38,454 nucleotides of DNA from assembly GCA_023256515.1 (NCBI GenBank), contig JAGDYD010000017.1, positions 1 through 38,454 on the forward strand. The letters run 5' to 3'. The notes under the pieces are model-generated. The model searched no databases. It was not told where the DNA came from and was given only the letters and a program-made list of their open reading frames with translations. The position numbers and the translations under genes were made by a program. The DNA is from Candidatus Micrarchaeota archaeon (GTDB lineage Archaea > Micrarchaeota > Micrarchaeia > Micrarchaeales > CABMGC01). Numbering within the stretch: the first letter of the stretch is position 1; each line of letters begins with the position of its first letter. Shown piece after piece: positions 1-8,237 of the stretch.

Positions 1-69
1 TGCCAATGATTGAAACGAACCTTGAAACCGTGAGGAACCCCACGAATTTATTCGTCGGGAAGATGTCAG
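1..69 (+). mobile_element. Probable right end of an IS200/IS605-family (tnpB) element; rest lies outside the window
   Basis: GGAACCCCACGAATTTATTCGTCGGGAAGATGTCAG: imperfect hairpin followed by GATGTCAG, the layout typical of IS605-family right ends. No tnpA/tnpB ORF is visible. Confidence 0.5.
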
Positions 70-233
70 ATCTTTGTGAACGCTTCTGCGAACTTCTTGC
101 TGAACTTTATAGAGCCGTAATAGTCATCTGAAAGCTTTATCCCTCTTTCGTTTACTCTCATTGTTGGGCATCCCGCGTTCGGATCGAAATGTGTGAGCAC
201 AACAACTAAACCATTGCTTTTTAGCAGTCTCAT
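66..233 (-). CDS. Small hypothetical protein, 55 aa (MRLLKSNGLVVVLTHFDPNAGCPTMRVNERGIKLSDDYYGSIKFSKKFAEAFTKI)
   Basis: Hand-translated ATG(233)..TGA(66), below ORF-track cutoff; co-oriented with pyrE; stop coincides with the putative IS end. Confidence 0.45.
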   Translation of the reverse strand: MRLLKSNGLVVVLTHFDPNAGCPTMRVNERGIKLSDDYYGSIKFSKKFAEAFTKI

Positions 234-322
234 ATTAATCAATGAATATTAAAAAGCATTTATTTTTATTCTTTTCTTAAAAACATCTTTACTCCTCTGC
301 AAAGACCGTTACTGTGAATATA

Positions 323-1003
323 CTAGCCATCAATTTTAGATTTTATTTGTGCAATTTCCTCTTCCGAAAGCTTGTCCTTGAGCACATTCAGCATTGTGCC
401 AATGTCTGTGATAGCTCTGAGTTTAATGCCAGATTTTTCAATCTCAATCTTTGCGTTTTTGCTTGATCTGTCTATAACCACATATATTCCCTTTATCTCC
501 ACGTTTTTGATCCCAAGAACCTTTGCCTGATACTTTACCTGTTCTATTGCAAGTTCCTTGCTCGCGAAAGATGTCACTACATCATCAAACAGATACAATT
601 TGTCGTTCTCGCATAGCAAGCCTTCGACAAGGGAATGTTGGCCATGGTGTTCTAGGTATGCGGATATTTCGGAAGGTTTGGTTATCTCCTCTGGCAACTT
701 GCGGGTATAGAGCACAGGTATACCGCACTCTAGCCCAACACCGCTTGCTATCGGAACTCCCGCAGTAGCTATGCCCACAATCTTCGTCCCCGCATCTATA
801 TCTTCTTTTCTTAGCATCTCGCAAAAAGCTCTAGAGACATCGGCAAAGAGATCGGGAAAAGAAGGAAGGGGCCTTAGATTTATATAAAAAGGGCTCCAGG
901 AGCCGTCAGCCAAAGTCCATCCCTCCGGCCTGTCTCTTAAAGTAAGAAAAAGTCCGTAGTCATAAATCTTCCTTATTATACTGTTTTCTAGCTTGTTTGG
1001 CAT
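323..1003 (-). CDS. pyrE: Orotate phosphoribosyltransferase
   Basis: WTLADGSWSPFYINLR N-terminal motif, GIATAGVP, and PRPP-binding loop YLFDDVVTS. Confidence 0.8.
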   Translation of the reverse strand: MPNKLENSIIRKIYDYGLFLTLRDRPEGWTLADGSWSPFYINLRPLPSFPDLFADVSRAFCEMLRKEDIDAGTKIVGIATAGVPIASGVGLECGIPVLYTRKLPEEITKPSEISAYLEHHGQHSLVEGLLCENDKLYLFDDVVTSFASKELAIEQVKYQAKVLGIKNVEIKGIYVVIDRSSKNAKIEIEKSGIKLRAITDIGTMLNVLKDKLSEEEIAQIKSKIDG

Positions 1004-1116
1004 AGAAATTGTTAATTTGTTGAGCGTAAAGATTATAAAGGTATTTCCTCATATTATTAATGCTTTTTATAATGCTTTTGGCATTATCAGTGAAAATTGC
1101 GTCTCGCAATTGGATT

Positions 1117-1147
1117 TAGTCTTGAGGAGTGCAAAGAGGCTCGCAAT
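1117..1147 (+). other. 5' arm of 16S pre-rRNA processing stem (BHB-like)
   Basis: TAGTCTTGAGGA-GTGC-AAA-GAGGC-TCGCAAT is complementary to 3158-3191. Confidence 0.75.
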
Positions 1148-2216
1148 TGCTTTTCGCGGCAAATCGACTCCAGTCGATGCTGCTGGAGGGCACTGCTATC
1201 AGATTTCGACAGCCATGCAAGTTCGCCCAACGGCTTCGTTGAGCGGCGTACGGCTCAGTAACGCGTAGTCAACCTAATGTAAGGAGGGGGATAACCTCGG
1301 GAAACTGAGGATAATACCCCATAGGCTAGGGATCCTGGAAGGGGCCTTAGCCGAAAGGTACGCAAATTGCAGCGCAACCACCTTACAATGGGACTGCGTC
1401 GGATCAGGCAGATGGCGGGGTAACGGCCCACCATACCTATGACCCGTAGGGGCTATGGAAGTAGGAGCCCCGAGAAGGGCACTGAGACAAGGGCCCTAGC
1501 GCTACGGCGTGCAGCAGGCGCGAAAACTCCACAATGCGCGAAAGCGTGATGGGGGAAGTCTGAGTGATGCACTTCGGTGCATCTTTTGCCAAGTATAGCA
1601 AGCTTGGCGAATAAGTGCTGGGTAAGACGGGTGGCAGCCGCCACGGTAATACCCGCGGCACAAGTGGTGTCCACGATTATTGGGCTTAAAGCGTCCGTAG
1701 CCGGTTGGAAAAGTCTCATGTGAAATATAGGTGCTTAACGCCTATGCTTGCACGAGATACTATCCGACTAGGGAGTGGGTGAGGTTGGGAGTACTTATAG
1801 GGGAGGGGTTAAATCCTGTAATCCTATAAGGACTACCGGTGGCGAAGGCGCCCAACCAGAACACATCCGACGGTGAGTGACGAAGGCTAGGAGAACGAAT
1901 CGGATTAGATACCCGAGTAGCCCTAGCAGTAAATTATGCAGACTCTGGTGTTGCACTTGCTATGAGCTGGTGCAGTACCGTAGGGAAACTGTTAAGTCTG
2001 CCGCCTGGGGAGTACGGCCGCAAGGTTGAAACTTAAAGCAATTGGCGGGGGAGCACACAAGGGGTGGATGCTACGGTTTAATTGAATCCAACGTCGGAAA
2101 CATTACCTGGAGCGACGGCAAGATGAAGGTCAGGCTAAAGACCTTACCAGATGAGCCGAGAGGTGGTGCATGGCGATCGTCAGTTCGTGGTGTGAACTGT
2201 CCGGTTAAGTCCGGTA

Positions 2217-2705
2217 AGCAATTGAGTGATGCAATGAAAGCGAAACTAAGCAAAGAATTTTGCTATCTTGCCGGCCTTTCGAGGCTGAGCAAGGAAGAGA
2301 AGTCTAAGGTAAGCGCAAAGAGCGAGATAAAGGAGATAATAGAGAGATTCGTGGAAATAGCAGTAAAGCTCGGCGTAGAGCCGAGGAAGATAGTCGTGGA
2401 AGAGAATGAAACATTTTTCTACCATTCCAAGATAGCTAGACAGATAAGAAAAATAAGGGAAAATGAGATAAAAGTATTCAGGCACAGAAACGAGTTGTCA
2501 TCTAGCTACATAGCTGGCATATTCGATGCGAGAGGGAGCATAAGGTCAAAGAGCGTGGAGATTTCTTCAATGAAGCCAAGCGAGGCGATAATGCTGGAGA
2601 ATCTTGGCATGCATGTAAGGGGAAACAGGATTGCAAACATAAGCGAGTTTATCATGCTTATAAAAGGCTATAGTCTTCGCATAGAGCTCATTCAATTGCC
2701 CGGTA
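2217..2705 (+). other. Archaeal BHB intron in 16S rRNA, 489 nt, inserted near E. coli position 1101/1102
   Basis: CCGG-TAA at 2211-2217 and 2700-2706 gives a 4-bp central helix with two UAA bulges; 12-bp stem 2218-2229/2688-2699; removal restores TTAAGTCCGGTAACGAACGAGACCC. Confidence 0.92.
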
Positions 2706-2725
2706 ACGAACGAGACCCTCGCTGA
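2234..2725 (+). CDS. Intron-encoded degenerate two-motif LAGLIDADG homing-endonuclease-like protein (163 aa from unspliced precursor; no stop inside the intron)
   Basis: YLAGLSRLS and YIAGIFDARG motifs; GTGA plus 4 nt before ATG 2234; first stop is in exon 2. Confidence 0.8.
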   Translation: MKAKLSKEFCYLAGLSRLSKEEKSKVSAKSEIKEIIERFVEIAVKLGVEPRKIVVEENETFFYHSKIARQIRKIRENEIKVFRHRNELSSSYIAGIFDARGSIRSKSVEISSMKPSEAIMLENLGMHVRGNRIANISEFIMLIKGYSLRIELIQLPGNERDPR

Positions 2726-3157
2726 CAGTTGCTACAGGTCTAGCGATAGATCTGGCACTCTGTTGGGACCGCCTCTGTTTAAAGAGGAGGAAGGAGAGGG
2801 CGACGGTACGTCAGTATGCCCCGAATCTCCAGGGCTACACGCGGCATACAAAGGTTGGTACAATGGGTTGCAACTCCGAAAGGAGAAGCTAATCCCCTAA
2901 AACCAACCGAAGTTCGGATTGAGGGCTGGAACTCGCCCTCATGAAGCTGGAATCCCTAGTAATCGCTTGTCACTATCGAGCGGTGAATATGTCCCCGCTC
3001 CTTGCACACACTGCCTGTCAGGTCATCCAAATGGGGTGCTAGTGAGGCGGCATCTTCATGGTGCTGTCGAACTAATATTCCGTGAGGAGGGCCAAGTCAT
3101 AACAAGGTATCCGTAGGGGAACCTGCGGATAGATCACCTCAATTATTAGTGTGCAAA

Positions 3158-3191
3158 GTTGCGAAAGCCTCGCATAATTTCCTCAAGACTA
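3158..3191 (+). other. 3' arm of 16S pre-rRNA processing stem
   Basis: GTTGCGA-AA-GCCTC-GCAT-AATT-TCCTCAAGACTA pairs with 1117-1147. Confidence 0.75.
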
Positions 3192-3274
3192 TGTCATTAT
3201 CATAAGGTTTAAATAACCTCTATGATATATATAAACGAGATTATCTCGTTATTTGATGTTTAAAGGTGAAAAAG

Positions 3275-4543
3275 ATGGCAGAAAAACCACACATGAATTT
3301 GATCTTTATAGGCCATATAGACCACGGAAAATCTACAACAGTAGGAAGGCTTCTTTATGAAACAGGGGCTATAAGCGAGCAGGATATAAAGAAGATGAAA
3401 GAAGAAGCTGCAAAATACAACAAGCCAACATTTGAGTTCGCTTTCGTTATGGACCAGCTAAAGGAAGAAAGAGAAAGAGGAATTACAATAGATATAGCCC
3501 ACAAAGAATTTCAGACACCTAAATACTACTTCACAATAATAGATGCCCCTGGACATAGGGACTTTGTAAAGAACATGATTACAGGAGCAAGCCAAGCTGA
3601 TGCTGCAGTATTAGTTGTATCATGCGTAGATGGTGTGCAGGCTCAAACAAGAGAGCATGCCTATCTTGCAAAGGTTTTGGGAATAAATCAGCTTGTAGTT
3701 GGTATAAACAAGATGGATGCTGCAAACTACGATAGAGTAAAATACGAAGAAGCAAAGAATTCAATAATGAATTTGCTTAAGACAATAGGCTATGATACAA
3801 GCAAGATAATGGCAATACCTTATTCTGCTCTTGCTGGAGACAATGTAAAAACAAAGTCAGACAAAATGCCATGGTATAATGGGCCTACACTCCTAGAAGC
3901 ACTTGATACATTCCAAGTCCCTCCAAAGCCGGTTGACAAGCCATTAAGGTTGCCAATACAAGATGTTTACAGCATATCAGGTTTCGGTACAGTGCCTGTA
4001 GGAAGAGTAGAGACAGGAGTGATGAAGCCAGGCGACCAAATAATAATAATGCCTCCTGGTGTAAAGGCAGAGGTTAAAAGTATTGAGATGCACCACCAGC
4101 AGCTTCAGAAGGCAGAGCCTGGTGACAACATAGGATTCAACATAAAAGGTGTAGACAAGAAAGACATAAAGAGAGGCGATGTCGTTGGTCCTGTGAGCAA
4201 TCCACCTACAGTTGCACAAGAGTTTACTGCTCAAATAGTAGTAATAAACCACCCTACAGCAATAGCTCCTGGTTATACCCCTGTATTCCACATACACACA
4301 GCTCAGGTTGCAGCTACAATAACAGAGATCATCGAAAAGAAGGATCCTAAGACTGGCCAGTCATTGCAGAAAAACCCAGAGTTCATAAAGAATGGCGATG
4401 TCGCAATAGTAAAGATAAGGCCAACAAAGCCAGTAGTTGTCGAGAAATACAGCGAATTCCCACAGCTTGGAAGGTTTGCAATAAGAGATATGGGCCAGAC
4501 AGTTGCTGCAGGAGTAGTCCTTGATGTAGTGAAGAAAGAATAA
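3275..4543 (+). CDS. tuf: Translation elongation factor EF-1alpha
   Basis: [30 protein letters not shown]; SD AGGTGA at 3264 favours ATG 3275. Confidence 0.98.
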   Translation: MAEKPHMNLIFIGHIDHGKSTTVGRLLYETGAISEQDIKKMKEEAAKYNKPTFEFAFVMDQLKEERERGITIDIAHKEFQTPKYYFTIIDAPGHRDFVKNMITGASQADAAVLVVSCVDGVQAQTREHAYLAKVLGINQLVVGINKMDAANYDRVKYEEAKNSIMNLLKTIGYDTSKIMAIPYSALAGDNVKTKSDKMPWYNGPTLLEALDTFQVPPKPVDKPLRLPIQDVYSISGFGTVPVGRVETGVMKPGDQIIIMPPGVKAEVKSIEMHHQQLQKAEPGDNIGFNIKGVDKKDIKRGDVVGPVSNPPTVAQEFTAQIVVINHPTAIAPGYTPVFHIHTAQVAATITEIIEKKDPKTGQSLQKNPEFIKNGDVAIVKIRPTKPVVVEKYSEFPQLGRFAIRDMGQTVAAGVVLDVVKKE

Positions 4544-4551
4544 ATGATTGC

Positions 4552-4857
4552 ATGCCAGTAGCCAGGATAAAACTTATAAGCAGAAATGCGAATGACGTCA
4601 AAAGCATAGCCAATCAAATAATAGAAATAGCAAAAGCTTTGAATATTAAGTACAAGGGGCCAATACCCCTCCCAACAAGGGTTCTAAGAATTACTACAAG
4701 GAAAACCCCTTGCGGTGATGGAAGCCATACATTTGAGCACTGGGAAATGCGCATGCACAAATGGATTGTGGAAATAGACGGCAGCGAGCAGGCACTTAGG
4801 CAAGTAACGAGAATACCAGTCCCTGATACAGTTCAAATAGAAATGACCCTTAGCTGA
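4552..4857 (+). CDS. rpsJ: 30S ribosomal protein uS10
   Basis: GPIPLPT and RKTPCGDGS motifs; follows tuf. Confidence 0.97.
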   Translation: MPVARIKLISRNANDVKSIANQIIEIAKALNIKYKGPIPLPTRVLRITTRKTPCGDGSHTFEHWEMRMHKWIVEIDGSEQALRQVTRIPVPDTVQIEMTLS

Positions 4858-4896
4858 TCTTTTTTTGCATATCTTTTTAAAGCTTTTTTTGTTTTT
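4858..4896 (+). terminator. Oligo-T terminator region after tuf-rpsJ
   Basis: Several T runs (T5-T8) immediately after the stop. Confidence 0.45.
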
Positions 4897-4959
4897 CGAC
4901 AATCCTATAAATATCAAAGACTCTTTTTAAATATTTGTGTATAATGATTATTGATTTAT

Positions 4960-5169
4960 ATGAACGCTGTAGAGAAAATAGATAAAGAAACAGATTCGTC
5001 TAATTTCAAAGATGAAATCGGGTACCTTGGTAGTGACCTATTGCCGAGGGCAAAAGGGGTACGTGCAATAGATCAGCAAAATGATCAGCAAAAAGAACAG
5101 CAAGAGAAACAAGATCTTACCAAATTAAGAAGGCGAAGTAAATTTGAAGACGAATTTGATATGTTATAA
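4960..5169 (+). CDS. Small hypothetical hydrophilic protein
   Basis: Only ORF in the gap; TATA-like sequence upstream and T-rich sequence downstream; no recognisable motif. Confidence 0.45.
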   Translation: MNAVEKIDKETDSSNFKDEIGYLGSDLLPRAKGVRAIDQQNDQQKEQQEKQDLTKLRRRSKFEDEFDML

Positions 5170-5238
5170 CCTAATTCTGAGATTTTTATTTTTTATTTTT
5201 ATAACCTAAAAGTTTAAAAAGAAAAGAAAAAAGATCTT

Positions 5239-5808
5239 TTATACTTTGGTGGTTATTGGCACAATTGGTAAGTTATTAATAATAGAAAGACGTATAGTAA
5301 TTACTATTATAGCAATTACTATGCTTGTTATCAAAATCACTCCAAAAGCAGCTAGTTTGCTGGTTTTCTGCTGGTTTGACAATGCAAATATAGATATTAC
5401 AAATCCCCATATTTCAAAAATGATTGGCAAGAATGAAATGATGGGTATCAACTCTAGCCATAGAAATATTATTATTGGCATATATCCATAAACTACCGCT
5501 GTAAATGTCTTATTGTAGCCTCCTTTAAATAATTTGAATAGCTTGCCAAATATCTGGTAAAGGAAAGCAGAGACAAAGAACATAATGGGCACAAGCACAA
5601 GAAACGTTAATAAGCTAGACCCAACTAAAAATGCCCCTATAACTCCTCCTACAAAAATAAACACTGTCAGTATGTATATTATAAAAGGTATGGCCAATAC
5701 CTTATAGTAAAACAAGATGGATTGGCTTATGCTCCTTTCTTTCATTGTTGCAGTCTGTGGATGCAACATTATGTTAAGCCCTTCTTTTATTTCTTCTATA
5801 AAGATCAT
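5239..5808 (-). CDS. Yip1-family membrane protein
   Basis: N-terminal 'IMLHP' followed by about 5 hydrophobic helices, including AVVYGYMP. Confidence 0.6.
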   Translation of the reverse strand: MIFIEEIKEGLNIMLHPQTATMKERSISQSILFYYKVLAIPFIIYILTVFIFVGGVIGAFLVGSSLLTFLVLVPIMFFVSAFLYQIFGKLFKLFKGGYNKTFTAVVYGYMPIIIFLWLELIPIISFLPIIFEIWGFVISIFALSNQQKTSKLAAFGVILITSIVIAIIVITIRLSIINNLPIVPITTKV

Positions 5809-5918
5809 CTAATCACTGACTTTATTATAGAGTTAATCTTTATATATAATGCCTAAATTAAATATGGCTAAACCAGTCCTTGGTAAAGTATAAAAATCTT
5901 TTTGAGCATAAAAATAAG

Positions 5919-6035
5919 TGCCAAACGGCCATAGGAGCAGGGTAACGCCCGATCCCTTACCGAACTCGGAAGCTAAGCCTGCTCACGATATGAAATACTG
6001 CCCAATAGGGTGGGAAAGCATATTGCTGTTTGGCA
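5919..6035 (+). rRNA. rrf: 5S rRNA
   Basis: Terminal helix TGCCAAACGGC/GCTGTTTGGCA; GGCCATAG; CCCGATCCC-CCGAAC-CGGAAGCTAAGCC core; 117 nt. Confidence 0.93.
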
Positions 6036-6041
6036 TTTTGT

Positions 6042-7064
6042 CTACTTCTCTCTCACATATAGCTCTTCTATAGCACTTATCAGTATATCTTTATATTCAT
6101 TGTTTGGCAACTGGTCGCTAAACTCTTTTACCTTCTCTTCAGCAGATTGGCCGTATCTCTTTGCAACCTCCTTTGCATAGCCTATGCCATCATATTTTTC
6201 TATAAGCCCTCTAAGATAATCAATCTCATCTTTTGTCTTGTCTTTCCTATCCTTTGCGTATATTGCATCTATTTTCTCTTTCTCTTCATTTGTTGCGTTT
6301 CTATATGTATGCAATATTATCAAAGTAACCTTTCCTTCATAGAGGTCTCCAAAATTCTTTTTGCCAAACTTCTTTTCATCTCCAACCATATCTAATATAT
6401 CATCTGTAATCTGGAAGGCTATTCCTGCATCTTTGCCTATGCTTTTCAATTTTTCTAGTACATTATCGTTTTGATTTGCTGCTATAGCTCCTATCTGCAA
6501 TGGTCCATATACTGTATAATAGCATGTTTTGCTGTCTGCTATCCTATAATATAAGCTCTCATCGACTCCTGCGAGCTTTTTTGTATGGTGTATAAATTCA
6601 TTTTCAATATGCTGGCCTACTACAGTATATTCTAGCATATCATAAAATTTTTCATACATTCTTTTTCCTTTCTGCGGGCCATACTTTATTGTATAATCAT
6701 GAAGCATTCTCCACATTGCCATATGGCCAAGGTTGCTTGCATTCATAGCATGTATCCAGCCATATAGTTTTTGTATTGCTGGCTTCCCTCTCCTTAGATC
6801 AGAGTCATCTTCACAATCATCTTGCATTAGTATCCAGTCTTCAGAAAGCTGCTGTGCTGCTGCAGGTAGCATTAGCTCATCTAAGCTTGCTCCAAAAAGC
6901 TGGCCGCTTAAAAGCACAAGGCCAGGCCTCCTATAGCTGCCTTGCCTATCTATATAATCCCTAGCTATCTGGTAAAAGCTCTTTGGCTCTTTAATTGGCA
7001 CATAATTGCAGATTGTAGAATATATGCTCTGCCTATGCTTTTCTATATACTCTTTAAAGTTCAT
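6042..7064 (-). CDS. Polyprenyl diphosphate synthase (GGPP-synthase-like)
   Basis: FARM QDDCEDDSDLRRG, KT motif, SARM FQITDDILD. Confidence 0.9.
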   Translation of the reverse strand: MNFKEYIEKHRQSIYSTICNYVPIKEPKSFYQIARDYIDRQGSYRRPGLVLLSGQLFGASLDELMLPAAAQQLSEDWILMQDDCEDDSDLRRGKPAIQKLYGWIHAMNASNLGHMAMWRMLHDYTIKYGPQKGKRMYEKFYDMLEYTVVGQHIENEFIHHTKKLAGVDESLYYRIADSKTCYYTVYGPLQIGAIAANQNDNVLEKLKSIGKDAGIAFQITDDILDMVGDEKKFGKKNFGDLYEGKVTLIILHTYRNATNEEKEKIDAIYAKDRKDKTKDEIDYLRGLIEKYDGIGYAKEVAKRYGQSAEEKVKEFSDQLPNNEYKDILISAIEELYVREK

Positions 7065-7083
7065 AAAATCAACATTATAGATA

Positions 7084-7758
7084 CTATCTAGCTATTTTTA
7101 TCTTTTTTGATCCATACAGGCAAATGCCTCTTATTGGACATTGAGTGCATAGGGGTTCTTTTTTGCAGTAATTCTTTGCAAGCTCTACAAATTGTGCATG
7201 GAAATCCTTATATAATTCTAGCTCTGGCTTTAAGCTCTTTTCAAAATAAGATTTAAGCTCGTCATAATTAATATCATCATTTATTCCATAAATCCTACTC
7301 ATTATCCTCTTTGTATACGCGTCTATTACAAAAGTTGGCTTTTCTGCTGCATACAATATTATAGAATCTGCCGTTTCTTTTCCTATGCCATTTAAGCTTA
7401 GCAATTCTTCGCGCAGCTCATCTTTGCTTTTATTGAAAAAAGAATCTAAAGAACCATATTTGTCTTTTATATATTTGAAAAGATTTCTTAGCCTATATGC
7501 CTTTTGTTTGTAGAAGCCGCTGGGCTTTATTGCTTCCTCTATTTCTTTCAAGCTAGAATTTGCTATTTTTTCTTCAGAAAGCAAGCCCTTTTCCTTTAGC
7601 CTCTTTATTGCTTTTTCTACATTTTTCCATGCAGTATTCTGTGTAAGTATAGCCCCTACAACTATCTCTGTCTTTGTTTCGCCAGGCCACCAATTCAAAA
7701 ATCCAAAATGTGATCTAAGCCTTCTATAAAGCTCTTTTAGCCCTGGCCCATTCTTCAA
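7084..7758 (-). CDS. Endonuclease III-related HhH-GPD DNA glycosylase with 4Fe-4S motif
   Basis: GAILTQNTAWKNV, LNGIGKETADSI, VIDAY, C-x6-C-x2-C-x5-C; probable TTG start overlapping the rpl11 stop. Confidence 0.85.
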   Translation of the reverse strand: MKNGPGLKELYRRLRSHFGFLNWWPGETKTEIVVGAILTQNTAWKNVEKAIKRLKEKGLLSEEKIANSSLKEIEEAIKPSGFYKQKAYRLRNLFKYIKDKYGSLDSFFNKSKDELREELLSLNGIGKETADSIILYAAEKPTFVIDAYTKRIMSRIYGINDDINYDELKSYFEKSLKPELELYKDFHAQFVELAKNYCKKEPLCTQCPIRGICLYGSKKIKIAR

Positions 7759-8222
7759 AGCTTTATCTCTCCAGAGTTTATTTTTGCTATTATCTCTTTT
7801 GGATCCTTTCCTTCGCATGTTATATTCATACTTTTGCATGTTCCAAGCACTTGCTTTACTTTTTCAGCAAAACTCTTCCCATATAGCATGCTTTCCTTCG
7901 CTTTGGCTATCTTCTTTACTTGCTCCAATGTTATGTTGCCAGCTACTTCATCTTTGCTTTTTGCCCCGTGCTGTATGCCCAATTCCTTTAAAATAAGCGC
8001 GCTTGTTTGAGGAGAGCCGACTTCTACTCTGTAATTCTTAGTTGCCGGATCTACAATAACCTTTACAGGCACTTTTATGCCTTCAAATGATTTTGTTTTT
8101 TGGTTTATTTCATCAACTATCTTTGCAATGTTTACCCCCAAAGGGCCTAGTGCAGGTCCAAATGGTGGCCCTCCTGTGGCTTTTCCTCCTTCAATCAATC
8201 CATTAATTACAACTTCAGCCAT
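7755..8222 (-). CDS. rplK: 50S ribosomal protein uL11
   Basis: GGKATGGPPFGPALGPLG; GTCKSM. Confidence 0.96.
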   Translation of the reverse strand: MAEVVINGLIEGGKATGGPPFGPALGPLGVNIAKIVDEINQKTKSFEGIKVPVKVIVDPATKNYRVEVGSPQTSALILKELGIQHGAKSKDEVAGNITLEQVKKIAKAKESMLYGKSFAEKVKQVLGTCKSMNITCEGKDPKEIIAKINSGEIKL

Positions 8223-8237
8223 AAAAACACCTAAACA

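Larger units (their letters stand above)
1167..3140 (+). rRNA. rrs: 16S rRNA (archaeal, divergent), interrupted by an intron at 2217-2705
   Basis: 5' ACTCCAGTCGATGCTGCTGGA, 530-loop CAGCCGCCACGGTAA, GGATTAGATACCC, AAACTTAAAG, GCACACAC, AAGTCATAACAAGG, 3' GATCACCTC. Confidence 0.97.

Noticed and set aside
3-130. Short plus-strand open frame at the window edge
   Set aside because: No motif; overlaps the putative IS end and the minus-strand small ORF; cannot be judged without upstream sequence.
2042-2233. N-terminal 64 aa of the 227-aa ORF-track protein
   Set aside because: Mostly conserved 16S exon sequence; the real start is likely ATG 2234 inside the intron.
2211-2706. 7-bp direct repeat CCGGTAA read as a transposon target-site duplication with terminal inverted repeats
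   Set aside because: Fully explained by symmetric BHB geometry and the intron stem; the ORF is LAGLIDADG-like, not a transposase.
993-3116. ORFs 993-1268, 1437-1661, 1453-1719, 2071-2253, 2246-2485 and 2919-3116
   Set aside because: Chance frames within or antisense to the 16S gene and its intron.
7759-7839. N-terminal extension of the EndoIII-like ORF
   Set aside because: Overlaps rpl11 by about 85 nt; the TTG at the rpl11 stop is more plausible.
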